NCBI GenBank assembly: GCA_964016885.1
Contig: OZ024740.1
Location: forward strand, 406,968,001-407,032,000
Origin: Eledone cirrhosa
Taxonomy: Eukaryota
Direction: 5' to 3'
DNA: 64,000 bases
Shown here: positions 49,401 to 64,000 of the stretch, piece by piece
Position numbering within the stretch: the stretch's first letter is position 1
How the letters are laid out: the number at the start of each line of letters is the position of its first letter
The notes under the pieces: generated by a model
Told to the model about the DNA's origin: nothing
The model's input: only the letters and a program-made list of their open reading frames with translations
Databases searched by the model: none
Position numbers and translations under genes: made by a program

Positions 49401-52400
49401 ACTACTTTACATTGTACTGGGTGCATTTTAATGTGGAACTAACACTACTACTTTACAGTGTACTGGGTGCATTTTAATATGGAACTAACGCTACTACCTT
49501 ACAGTGTACTGGGTGCATTTTAACGTGGAACTAACGCTACTACTTTACAGTGTACTGGGTGCATTTTAATGTGGTACTAAGACTACTACTTTACAGTGTA
49601 CTGGGTGCATTTTAACGTGGAACTAACACTACTACTTTACAGTGTACTGGGTGCATTTTAATATGGAACTAACGCTACTACCTTACAGTTTACTGGGTGC
49701 ATTTTAACGTGGAACTAACACTACTACCTTACAGTGTACTTGGTGCATTCTGACGTGGAACTAACACTACTATCTTACAGTGTACTGGGTGCACTTTAAC
49801 GTGGAACTAACACTACTACTTTACAGTGTACTGGGTGCATTCTAACGTGGAACTAACACTACTATCTTACAGTGTACTGGGTGCATTTTAACGTGGAACT
49901 AACACTACTACTTTACAGTGTACTGGGTGCATTTTAACGTGGAACTAACACTACTACTTTACAGTGTACTGGGTGCATTTTAACGTGGAACTAATACTAC
50001 TACTTTACAGTGTACTGGGTGCATTTTAACGTGGAACTAACACTACTAATTTACAGTGTACTGGGTGCATTTTAACGTGGAACTAACACTACTACTTTAC
50101 AGTGTACTGGGTGCATTTTAATGTGGAACTAACACTACTACTTTACAGTGTACTGGGTATATTTTAACGTGGAACTAACGCTAATACTTTACAGTGTACT
50201 GGGTGCATTTTAATGTGGAACTAAGACTACTACTTTACAGTGTACTGGGTGCATTTTAACGTGGAACTAACACTACTACTTTACAGTGTACTGGGTGCAT
50301 TTTAACGTGGAACTAACACTACTACTTTACAGTGTACTGGCTGCATTTTAACGTGGAACTAACACTACTACTTTACAGTGTACTGGGTGCATTTTAACGT
50401 GGAACTAACACTACTACTTTACAGTGTACTGGGTGCATTTTAATGTGGAACTAACGCTACTACTTTACAGTGTACTGGGTGCATTTTAACGTGGTACTAA
50501 CGCTACTACTTTACATTGTACTGGGTGCATTTTAATGTGGAACTAACACTACTACTTTACAGTGTACTGGGTGCATTTTAACGTAGAACTAACACTACTA
50601 CTTTACAGTGTACTGGGTGCATTTTAACGTAGAACTAACACTACTACTTTACAGTGTACTGGGTGCATTTTAATGTGGAACTAACACTACTACTTTACAG
50701 TGTACTGGGTGCATTTTAACGTGGAGCTAACGCTACTACTTTACAGTGTACTGGGTGCATTTTAATCAGGAACTAACACTAATACTTTACAGTGAACTGG
50801 GTGCATTTTAATGTGGAACTAACACTACTACCTTACAGTGTACTGGGTGAATTTTAATGTGGAACTAACACTACTACCTTACAGTGTACTGGGTGCATTT
50901 TAACGTGGAACTAACACTACTACTTTACGGTGTACTGGGTGCATTTTAACGTGGAACTAACACTACTACTTTACAGTGTACTGGGTGCATTTTAACGTGG
51001 AACTAACACTACTACTTTACAGTGTACTGGGTGCATTTTAATGTGGAACTAACACTACTACTTTACAGTGTACTGGGTGCATTTTAACGTGGAACTAACG
51101 CTACTACTTTACAGTGTACTGGGTGCATTTTAATGTGGTACTAAGACTACTACTTTACAGTGTACTGGGTGCATTTTAACGTGGAACTAACACTACTACT
51201 TTACAGTGTACTGGGTGCATTTTAATGTGGAACTAACGCTACTACCTTACAGTGTACTGGGTGCATTTTAATGTGGAACTAACACTACTACCTTACAGTG
51301 TACTGGGTGCATTTTAACGTGGAACTAACAGTAGTACTTTACAGTGTACTGGGTGCATTTTAATCAGGAACTAACACTACTACTTTACAATGTACCGGGT
51401 GCATTTTAATGTGGAACTAACACTACTACCTTACAGTGTACTGGGTGCATTTTAACGTGGAACTAACACTACTACCTTACAGTGTACTGGGTGCATTTTA
51501 ATGTGGAACTAACACTACTACCTTACAGTGTACTGGGTGCATTTTAATGTGGAACTAACACTACTACCTTACAGTGTACTGGGTGCATTTTAATGTGGAA
51601 CTAACACTACTACTTTACAGTGTACTGGGTGCATTTTAATGTGGAACTAACGCTACTACTTTACAGTGTACTGGGTGCATTTTAATCAGGAACTAACACT
51701 ACTACTTTACAATGTACCGGGTGCATTTTAATGTGGAACTAACACTACTACCTTACAGTGTACTGGGTGCATTTTAACGTGGAACTAACACTACTACCTT
51801 ACAGTGTACTGGGTGCATTTTAATGTGGAACTAACACTACTACCTTACAGTGTACTGGGTGCATTTTAACGTGGATCTAACATTACTACTTTACAGTGTA
51901 CTGGGTGCATTTTAACGTGGAACTAACACTACTACTTTACAGTGTACTGTGTGCATTTTAATGTGGAACTAACGCTACTACTTTACAGTGTACTGGGTGC
52001 ATTTTAACGTGGTACTAACGCTACTACTTTACATTGTACTGGGTGCATTTTAATGTGGAACTAACACTACTACTTTACAGTGTACTGGGTGCATTTTAAC
52101 GTAGAACTAACACTACTACTTTACAGTGTACTGGGTGCATTTTAACGTAGAACTAACACTAATACTTTACAGTGAACTGGGTGCATTTTAATGTGGAACT
52201 AACACTACTACCTTACAGTGTACTGGGTGCATTTTAAGGTGGAACTAACACTACTACCTTACAGTGTACTGGGTGCATTTTAACGTGGAACTAACACTAA
52301 TACCTTACAGTGTACTGGGTGCATTTTAATGTGGAACTAACACTACTACCTTACAGTGTACTGGGTGTATTTTAACGTGGAACTAACACTACTACTTTAC

Positions 52401-55400
52401 AGTGTACTGGGTGCATTCTTACGTGGAACTAACACTACTATCATACAGTGTACTGGGTGCATTTTAACGTGGAACTAACACTACTACTTTACAGTGTACT
52501 GGGTGCATTTTAACGTGGAACTAACACTACCACTTTACAGTGTACTGGGTGCATTTTAACGTGGAACTAACACTACTACTTTACAGTGTACTGGGTGCAT
52601 TTTAATGTGGAACTAACACTACTACTTTACAGTGTACTGGGTGCATTTTAACGTGGAACTAACGCTACTACTTTACAGTGTACTGGGTGCATTTTAATGT
52701 GGTACTAAGACTACTACTTTACAGTGTACTGGGTGCATTTTAACGTGGAACTAACACTACTACTTTACAGTGTACTGGGTGCATTTTAATATGGAACTAA
52801 CGCTACTACCTTACAGTGTACTGGGTGCATTTTAACGTGGAACTAACACTACTACCTTACAGTGTACTGGGTGCATTCTGACGTGGAACTAACACTACTA
52901 TCTTACAGTGTACTGGGTGCATTTTAACGTGGAACTAACACAACTACTTTACAGTGTACTGGGTGCATTCTAACGTGGAACTAACACTACTATCTTACAG
53001 TGTACTGGGTGCATTTTAACGTGGAACTAACACTACTACTTTACAGTGTACTGGGTGCATTTTAACGTGGAACTAACGCTACTACTTTACAGTGTACTGG
53101 GTGCATTTTAATGTGGTACTAAGACTACTACTTTACAGTGTACTGGGTGCATTTTAACGTGGAACTAACACTACTACTTTACAGTGTACTGGGTGCATTT
53201 TAATGTGGAACTAACGCTACTACCTTACAGTGTACTGGGTGCATTTTAATGTGGAACTAACACTACTACCTTACAGTGTACTGGGTGCATTTTAACGTGG
53301 AACTAACAGTAGTACTTTACAGTGTACTGGGTGCATTTTAACGTGGAACTAACGCTACTACTTTACAGTGTACTGGGTGCATTTTAACGTGGAACTAACA
53401 CTACTACTTTACAGTGTACTGGGTGCATTTTAACGTGGAACTAACGCTACTACTTTACAGTGTACTGGGTGCATTTTAATGTGGTACTAAGACTACTACT
53501 TTACAGTGTACTGGGTGCATTTTAACGTGGAACTAACACTACTACTTTACAGTGTACTGGGTGCATTTTAATGTGGAACTAACGCTACTACCTTACAGTG
53601 TACTGGGTGCATTTTAATGTGGAACTAACACTACTACCTTACAGTGTACTGGGTGCATTTTAACGTGGAACTAACAGTAGTACTTTACAGTGTACTGGGT
53701 GCATTTTAATCAGGAACTAACACTACTACTTTACAATGTACCGGGTGCATTTTAATGTGGAACTAACACTACTACCTTACAGTGTACTGGGTGCATTTTA
53801 ACGTGGAACTAACACTACTACCTTACAGTGTACTGGGTGCATTTTAATGTGGAACTAACACTACTACCTTACAGTGTACTGGGTGCATTTTAATGTGGAA
53901 CTAACACTACTACCTTACAGTGTACTGGGTGCATTTTAATGTGGAACTAACACTACTACTTTACAGTGTACTGGGTGCATTTTAATGTGGAACTAACGCT
54001 ACTACTTTACAGTGTACTGGGTGCATTTTAATCAGGAACTAACACTACTACTTTACAATGTACCGGGTGCATTTTAATGTGGAACTAACACTACTACCTT
54101 ACAGTGTACTGGGTGCATTTTAACGTGGAACTAACACTACTACCTTACAGTGTACTGGGTGCATTTTAATGTGGAACTAACACTACTACCTTACAGTGTA
54201 CTGGGTGCATTTTAACGTGGATCTAACATTACTACTTTACAGTGTACTGGGTGCATTTTAACGTGGAACTAACACTACTACTTTACAGTGTACTGTGTGC
54301 ATTTTAATGTGGAACTAACGCTACTACTTTACAGTGTACTGGGTGCATTTTAACGTGGTACTAACGCTACTACTTTACATTGTACTGGGTGCATTTTAAT
54401 GTGGAACTAACACTACTACTTTACAGTGTACTGGGTGCATTTTAACGTAGAACTAACACTACTACTTTACAGTGTACTGGGTGCATTTTAACGTAGAACT
54501 AACACTAATACTTTACAGTGAACTGGGTGCATTTTAATGTGGAACTAACACTACTACCTTACAGTGTACTGGGTGCATTTTAATGTGGAACTAACACTAC
54601 TACCTTACAGTGTACTGGGTGCATTTTAACGTGGAACTAACACTAATACCTTACAGTGTACTGGGTGCATTTTAATGTGGAACTAACACTACTACCTTAC
54701 AGTGTACTGGGTGTATTTTAACGTGGAACTAACACTACTACTTTACAGTGTACTGGGTGCATTCTTACGTGGAACTAACACTACTATCATACAGTGTACT
54801 GGGTGCATTTTAACGTGGAACTAACACTACTACTTTACAGTGTACTGGGTGCATTTTAACGTGGAACTAACACTACCACTTTACAGTGTACTGGGTGCAT
54901 TTTAACGTGGAACTAACACTACTACTTTACAGTGTACTGGGTGCATTTTAATGTGGAACTAACACTACTACTTTACAGTGTACTGGGTGCATTTTAACGT
55001 GGAACTAACGCTACTACTTTACAGTGTACTGGGTGCATTTTAATGTGGTACTAAGACTACTACTTTACAGTGTACTGGGTGCATTTTAACGTGGAACTAA
55101 CACTACTACTTTACAGTGTACTGGGTGCATTTTAATATGGAACTAACGCTACTACCTTACAGTGTACTGGGTGCATTTTAACGTGGAACTAACACTACTA
55201 CCTTACAGTGTACTGGGTGCATTCTGACGTGGAACTAACACTACTATCTTACAGTGTACTGGGTGCATTTTAACGTGGAACTAACACAACTACTTTACAG
55301 TGTACTGGGTGCATTCTAACGTGGAACTAACACTACTATCTTACAGTGTACTGGGTGCATTTTAACGTGGAACTAACACTACTACTTTACAGTGTACTGG

Positions 55401-58400
55401 GTGCATTTTAACGTGGAACTAACACTACTAATTTACAGTGTACTGGGTGCATTTTAACGTGGAACTAACACTACTACTTTACAGTGTACTGGGTGCATTT
55501 TAATGTGGAACTAACACTACTACTTTACAGTGTACTGGGTACATTTTAACGTGGAACTAACGCTAATACTTTACAGTGTACTGGGTGCATTTTAATGTGG
55601 AACTAAGACTACTACTTTACAGTGTACTGGGTGCATTTTAACGTGGAACTAACACTACTACTTTACAGTGTACTGGGTGCATTTTAATGTGGAACTAACG
55701 CTACTACTTTACAGTGTACTGGGTGCATTTTAATGTGGAACTAACACTACTATCTTACAGTGTACTGGGTGCATTTTAATGTGGAACTAACACTACTGCC
55801 TTACAGTGTACTGCGTGCATTTTAATGTGGAACTAACACTACTACCTTACAGTGTACTGGGTGCATTTTAATGTGGAACTAACACTACTATCTTACAGTG
55901 TACTGGGTGCATTTTAACGTGGAACTAACACTATTACTTTACAGTGTACTGGGTGCATTTTAATGTGGAACTAACACTACTACCTTACAGTGTACTGGGT
56001 GCATTTTAACGTGGAACTAACACTACTACTTTACAGTGTACTGGGTGCATTTTAACGTGGAACTAACACTACTACTTTACAGTGTACTGGGTGCATTTTA
56101 ACGTGGAACTAACACTACTACTTTACAGTGTACTGGGTGCATTTTAACGTGGAACTAACACTACTACTTTACAGTGTACTGGGTGCATTTTAATGTGGAA
56201 CTAACGCTACTACTTTACAGTGTACTGGGTGCATTTTAATCTGGAACTAACACTACTACGTTACAGTGTACTGGGTGCATTTTAACGGGGAACTAACACT
56301 ACTACCTTACAGTGTACTGGGTGCATTTTAACGTGGAACTAACACTACTACCTTACAGTGTACTGGGTGCATTTTAACGTGGAACTAATACTACTACCTT
56401 ACAGTGTACTGGGTGCATTTTAACGTTAAACTAACACTACTACCTTACAGTGTACTGGGTGCATTTTAATGTGGAACTAACGCTACTACCTTACAGTGTA
56501 CTGGGTGCATTTTAACGTGGAACTAACACTACTACCTTACAATGTACTGGGTGCATTTTAACGTGGAACTAACAGTACTACTTTGCAGTGTACTGGGTGC
56601 ATTTAAACGTGGAACTAACGCTACTACTTTACAGTGTACTGGGTGCATTTTAATGTGGAACTAACACTACTACTTTACAGTGTACTGGGTGCATTTTAAC
56701 GTGGAACTAACACTACTACTTTACAGTGTACTGGGTGCATTTTAACGTGGAACTAACACTACTACTTTACAGTGTACTGGGTGCATTTTAATGTGGAACT
56801 AACGCTACTACTTTACAGTGTACTGGGTGCATTTTAATGTGGAACTAACACTACTGCCTTACAGTGTACTGCGTGCATTTTAATGTGGAACTAACACTAC
56901 TACCTTACAGTGTACTGGGTGCATTTTAATGTGGAACTAACACTACTATCTTACAGTGTACTGGGTTAATTTTAACGGGGAACTAACACTACTACATTAC
57001 AGTGTACTGGGTGCATTCTAAAGTGGAACTAACACTACTATCTTACAGTGTACTGGGTGCATTTTAACGTGGAACTAACACTACTACTTTACAGTGTACT
57101 GGGTGCATTTTAACGTGGAACTAACACTACTACTTTACAGTGTACTGGGTGCATTTTAACGTGGAACTAACACTACTACTTTACAGTGTACTGGGTGCAT
57201 TTTAACGTGGAACTAACACTACTACTTTACAGTGTACTGGGTGCATTTTAATGTGGAACTAACGCTACTACTTTACAGTGTACTGGGTGCATTTTAACGT
57301 GGTACTAACGCTACTACTTTACATTGTACTGGGTGCATTTTAATGTGGAACCAACAATACTACTTTACAGTGTACTGGGTGCATTTTAACGTAGAACTAA
57401 CACTACTACTTTACAGTGTACTGGGTGCATTTTAACGTAGAACTAACACTACTACTTTACAGTGTACTGGGTGCATTTTAATGTGGAACTAACACTACTA
57501 CTTTACAGTGTACTGGGTGCATTTTAACGTGGAGCTAACGCTACTACTTTACAGTGTACTGGGTGCATTTTAATCAGGAACTAACACTAATACTTTACAG
57601 TGAACTGGGTGCATTTTAATGTGGAACTAACACTACTACCTTACAGTGTACTGGGTGCATTTTAATGTGGAACTAACACTACTACCTTACAGTGTACTGG
57701 GTGCATTTTAACGTGGAACTAACACAACTACTTTACAGTGTACTGGGTGCATTCTAACGTGGAACTAACACTACTATCTTACAGTGTACTGGGTGCATTT
57801 TAACGTGGAACTAACACTACTACTTTACAGTGTACTGGGTGCATTTTAACGTGGAACTAACACTACTAATTTACAGTGTACTGGGTGCATTTTAACGTGG
57901 AACTAACACTACTACTTTACAGTGTACTGGGTGCATTTTAATGTGGAACTAACACTACTACTTTACAGTGTACTGGGTACATTTTAACGTGGAACTAACG
58001 CTAATACTTTACAGTGTACTGGGTGCATTTTAATGTGGAACTAAGACTACTACTTTACAGTGTACTGGGTGCATTTTAACGTGGAACTAACACTACTACT
58101 TTACAGTGTACTGGGTGCATTTTAATGTGGAACTAACGCTACTACTTTACAGTGTACTGGGTGCATTTTAATGTGGAACTAACACTACTACCTTACAGTG
58201 TACTGGGTGCATTTTAATGTGGAACTAACACTACTATCTTACAGTGTACTGGGTGCATTTTAATGTGGAACTAACACTACTGCCTTACAGTGTACTGCGT
58301 GCATTTTAATGTGGAACTAACACTACTACCTTACAGTGTACTGGGTGCATTTTAATGTGGAACTAACACTACTATCTTACAGTGTACTGGGTGCATTTTA

Positions 58401-61400
58401 ACGTGGAACTAACACTACTACTTTACAGTGTACTGGGTGCATTTTAATGTGGAACTAACACTACTACCTTACAGTGTACTGGGTGCATTTTAACGTGGAA
58501 CTAACACTACTACTTTACAGTGTACTGGGTGCATTTTAACGTGGAACTAACACTACTACTTTACAGTGTACTGGGTGCATTTTAACGTGGGACTAACACT
58601 ACTACTTTACAGTGTACTGGGTGCATTTTAACGTGGAACTAACACTACTACGTTACAGTGTACTGGGTGCATTTTAACGTGGAACTAACACTACTACCTT
58701 ACAGTGTACTGGGTGCATTTTAACGTGGAACTAATACTACTACCTTACAGTGTACTGGGTGCATTTTAACGTTAAACTAACACTACTACCTTACAGTGTA
58801 CTGGGTGCATTTTAATGTGGAACTAACGCTACTACCTTACAGTGTACTGGGTGCATTTTAACGTGGAACTAACACTACTACCTTACAATGTACTGGGTGC
58901 ATTTTAACGTGGAACTAACAGTACTACTTTGCAGTGTACTGGGTGCATTTAAACGTGGAACTAACGCTACTACTTTACAGTGTACTGGGTGCATTTTAAT
59001 GTGGAACTAACACTACTAGTTTACAGTGTACTGGGTGCATTTTAACGTGGAACTAACACTACTACTTTACAGTGTACTGGGTGCATTTTAACGTGGAACT
59101 AACACTACTACTTTACAGTGTACTGGGTGCATTTTAATGTGGAACTAACGCTACTACTTTACAGTGTACTGGGTGCATTTTAATGTGGAACTAACACTAC
59201 TGCCTTACAGTGTACTGCGTGCATTTTAATGTGGAACTAACACTACTACCTTACAGTGTACTGGGTGCATTTTAATGTGGAACTAACACTACTATCTTAC
59301 AGTGTACTGGGTGCATTTTAACGGGGAACTAACACTACTACATTACAGTGTACTGGGTGCATTCTAAAGTGGAACTAACACTACTATCTTACAGTGTACT
59401 GGGTGCATTTTAACGTGGAACTAACACTACTACTTTACAGTGTACTGGGTGCATTTTAACGTGGAACTAACACTACTACTTTACAGTGTACTGGGTGCAT
59501 TTTAACGTGGAACTAACACTACTACTTTACAGTGTACTGGGTGCATTTTAACGTGGAACTAACACTACTACTTTACAGTGTACTGGGTGCATTTTAATGT
59601 GGAACTAACGCTACTACTTTACAGTGTACTGGGTGCATTTTAACGTGGTACTAACGCTACTACTTTACATTGTACTGGGTGCATTTTAATGTGGAACCAA
59701 CACTACTACTTTACAGTGTACTGGGTGCATTTTAACGTAGAACTAACACTACTACTTTACAGTGTACTGGGTGCATTTTAACGTGGAACTAACACTACTA
59801 CCTTACAGTGTACTGGGTGCATTTTAACGTTAAACTAACACTACTACCTTACAGTGTACTGGGTGCATTTTAATGTGGAACTAACGCTACTACCTTACAG
59901 TGTACTGGGTGCATTTTAACGTGGAACTAACACTACTACCTTACAATGTACTGGGTGCATTTTAACGTGGAACTAACAGTACTACTTTGCAGTGTACTGG
60001 GTGCATTTAAACGTGGAACTAACGCTACTACTTTACAGTGTACTGGGTGCATTTTAATGTGGAACTAACACTACTACTTTACAGTGTACTGGGTGCATTT
60101 TAACGTGGAACTAACACTACTACTTTACAGTGTACTGGGTGCATTTTAACGTGGAACTAACACTACTACTTTAAAGTGTACTGGGTGCATTTTAATGTGG
60201 AACTAACGCTACTACTTTACAGTGTACTGGGTGCATTTTAATGTGGAACTAACACTACTGCCTTACAGTGTACTGCGTGCATTTTAATGTGGAACTAACA
60301 CTACTACCTTACAGTGTACTGGGTGCATTTTAATGTGGAACTAACACTACTATCTTACAGTGTACTGGGTGCATTTTAACGGGGAACTAACACTACTACA
60401 TTACAGTGTACTGGGTGCATTCTAAAGTGGAACTAACACTACTATCTTACAGTGTACTGGGTGCATTTTAACGTGGAACTAACACTACTACTTTACAGTG
60501 TACTGGGTGCATTTTAACGTGGAACTAACACTACTACTTTACAGTGTACTGGGTGCATTTTAACGTGGAACTAACACTACTACTTTACAGTGTACTGGGT
60601 GCATTTTAACGTGGAACTAACACTACTACTTTACAGTGTACTGGGTGCATTTTAATGTAGAACTAACACTACTACTTTACAGTGTACTGGGTGCATTTTA
60701 ACGTAGAACTAACACTACTACTTTACAGTGTACTGGGTGCATTTTAATGTGGAACTAACACTACTACTTTACAGTGTACTGGGTGCATTTTAACGTGGAG
60801 CTAACGCTACTACTTTACAGTGTACTGGGTGCATTTTAATCAGGAACTAACACTAATACTTTACAGTGAACTGGGTGCATTTTAATGTGGAACTAACACT
60901 ACTACCTTACAGTGTACTGGGTGCATTTTAATGTGGAACTAACACTACTACCTTACAGTGTACTGGGTGCATTTTAACGTGGAACTAACACTACTACTTT
61001 ACAGTGTACTGGGTGCATTTTAACGTGGAACTAACACAACTACTTTACAGTGTACTGGGTGCATTTTAATGTGGAACTAACACTACTACTTTACAGTGTA
61101 CTGGGTGCATTTTAACGTGGAACTAACGCTACTACTTTACAGTGTACTGGGTGCATTTTAATGTGGTACTAAGACTACTACTTTACAGTGTACTGGGTGC
61201 ATTTTAACGTGGAACTAACACTACTACTTTACAGTGTACTGGGTGCATTTTAATGTGGAACTAACGCTACTACCTTACAGTGTACTGGGTGCATTTTAAC
61301 GTGGAACTAACACTACTACCTTACAGTGTACTGGGTGCATTTTAACGTGGAACTAACAGTAGTACTTTACAGTGTACTGGGTGCATTTTAACGTGGAACT

Positions 61401-64000
61401 AACGCTACTACTTTACAGTGTACTGGGTGCATTTTAATGTGGAACTAACACTACTACTTTACAGTGTACTGGGTGCATTTTAATGTGGAACTAACGCTAC
61501 TACTTTACAGTGTACTGGGTGCATTTTAATGTGGAACTAACACTACTACTTTACAGTGTACTGGGTGCATTTTAATGTGGAACTAACGCTACTACTTTAC
61601 AGTGTACTGTGTGCATTTTAATCAGGAACTAACACTACTACTTTACAATGTACCGGGTGCATTTTAATGTGGAACTAACACTACTACCTTACAGTGTACT
61701 GGGTGCATTTTAACGTGGAACTAACACTACTACCTTACAGTGTACTGGGTGCATTTTAATGTGGAACTAACACTACTACCTTACAGTGTACTGGGTGCAT
61801 TTTAACGTGGATCTAACACTACTACTTTACAGTGTACTGGGTGCATTTTAACGTGGAACTAACACTACTACTTTACAGTGTACTGGGTGCATTTTAATGT
61901 GGAACTAACACTACTACTTTACAGTGTACTGGGTGCATTTTAACGTGGAACTAACACTACTACTTTACAGTGTACTGGGTGCATTTTAACGTGGAACTAA
62001 CACTACTACTTTACAGTGTACTGGGTGCATTTTAATGTGGAACTAACGCTACTACTTTACAGTGTACTGGGTGCATTTTAATGTGGAACTAACACTACTG
62101 CCTTACAGTGTACTGCGTGCATTTTAATGTGGAACTAACACTACTACCTTACAGTGTACTGGGTGCATTTTAATGTGGAACTAACACTGCTATCTTACAG
62201 TGTACTGGGTGCATTTTAACGGGGAACTAACACTACTACATTACAGTGTACTGGGTGCATTCTAAAGTGGAACTAACACTACTATCTTACAGTGTACTGG
62301 GTGCATTTTAACGTGGAACTAACACTACTACTTTACAGTGTACTGGGTGCATTTTAACGTGGAACTAACACTACTACTTTACAGTGTACTGGGTGCATTT
62401 TAACGTGGAACTAACACTACTACTTTACAGTGTACTGGGTGCATTTTAACGTGGAACTAACACTACTACTTTACAGTGTACTGGGTGCATTTTAATGTGG
62501 AACTAACGCTACTACTTTACAGTGTACTGGGTGCATTTTAACGTGGTACTAACGCTACTACTTTACATTGTACTGGGTGCATTTTAATGTGGAACCAACA
62601 CTACTACTTTACAGTGTACTGGGTGCATTTTAACGTAGAACTAACACTACTACTTTACAGTGTACTGGGTGCATTTTAACGTAGAACTAACACTACTACT
62701 TTACAGTGTACTGGGTGCATTTTAATGTGGAACTAACACTACTACTTTACAGTGTACTGGGTGCATTTTAACGTGGAGCTAACGCTACTACTTTACAGTG
62801 TACTGGGTGCATTTTAATCAGGAACTAACACTAATACTTTACAGTGAACTGGGTGCATTTTAATGTGGAACTAACACTACTACCTTACAGTGTACTGAGT
62901 GCATTTTAATGTGGAACTAACACTACTACCTTACAGTGTACTGGGTGCATTTTAACGTGGAACTAACACTACTACTTTACAGTGTACTGGGTGCATTTTA
63001 ACGTGGAACTAACACTACTACTTTACAGTGTACTGGGTGCATTTTAACGTGGAACTAACACTACTACTTTACAGTGTACTGGGTGCATTTTAATGTGGAA
63101 CTAACACTACTATTTTACAGTGTACTGGGTGTATTTTAACGTGGAACTAACGCTACTACTTTACAGTGTACTGGGTGCATTTTAATGTGGTACTAAGACT
63201 ACTACTTTACAGTGTACTGGGTGCATTTTAACGTGGAACTAACACTACTACTTTACAGTGTACTGGGTGCATTTTAATGTGGAACTAACGCTACTACCTT
63301 ACAGTGTACTGGGTGCATTTTAACGTGGAACTAACACTACTACCTTACAGTGTACTGGGTGCATTTTAACGTGGAACTAACAGTAGTACTTTACAGTGTA
63401 CTGGGTGCATTTTAACGTGGAACTAACGCTACTACTTTACAGTGTACTGGGTGCATTTTAATGTGGAACTAACACTACTACTTTACAGTGTACTGGGTGC
63501 ATTTTAATGTGGAACTAACGCTACTACTTTACAGTGTACTGGGTGCATTTTAATGTGGAACTAACACTACTACTTTACAGTGTACTGGGTGCATTTTAAT
63601 GTGGAACTAACGCTACTACTTTACAGTGTACTGTGTGCATTTTAATCAGGAACTAACACTACTACTTTACAATGTACCGGGTGCATTTTAATGTGGAACT
63701 AACACTACTACCTTACAGTGTACTGGGTGCATTTTAACGTGGAACTAACACTACTACCTTACAGTGTACTGGGTGCATTTTAATGTGGAACTAACACTAC
63801 TACCTTACAGTGTACTGGGTGCATTTTAATGTGGAACTAACACTACTACCTTACAGTGTACTGGGTGCATTTTAACGTGGATCTAACACTACTACTTTAC
63901 AGTGTACTGGGTGCATTTTAACGTGGAACTAACACTACTACTTTACAGTGTACTGGGTGCATTTTAATGTGGAACTAACGCTACTACTTTACAGTGTACT
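46500..64000. repeat. 46-bp tandem satellite, about 380 units, continues past window end
   Basis: Consensus TTACAGTGTACTGGGTGCATTTTAA(C/T)GTGGAACTAACACTACTAC(T/C); tgtact at 46561 and 63995 are 17434 = 379 x 46 bp apart. Confidence 0.99.

Noticed and set aside
46500-64000. CRISPR array
   Set aside because: Contiguous 46-bp units with no unique spacers, no cas genes, eukaryotic context.

Overview
AT-rich animal genomic DNA, most likely from an octopus or other coleoid cephalopod (inferred from repeat families and (TA)n density, not from a database hit). Two host genes are supported. One is an intronless multiple-cysteine-cluster Toll-like receptor on the minus strand (18685-22005), whose start codon lies in or beyond a 200-N gap. 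The other is represented by two plus-strand exons of an NCS-1/frequenin-like EF-hand calcium sensor (26935-26983, 30694-30783); the TLR may be nested antisense in one of its introns. The rest is mobile DNA: at least five large RTE-clade LINE copies of two subfamilies, each with a PHD finger inserted inside the RT domain and most set in (TA)n tracts; several Penelope-like elements whose pseudo-LTRs carry hammerhead ribozymes, including atypical ones (a 90-nt stem II, a U4A core variant); two tRNA-SINE families, one sharing its tail with an RTE; and TTAA-flanked MITEs. From about 46.5 kb to the window end runs a 46-bp satellite (about 380 units, zero net phase shift, with 51-unit block duplications) whose monomer aligns to the RTE/SINE 3' UTR subrepeat. 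There is no CRISPR array or prokaryotic system.
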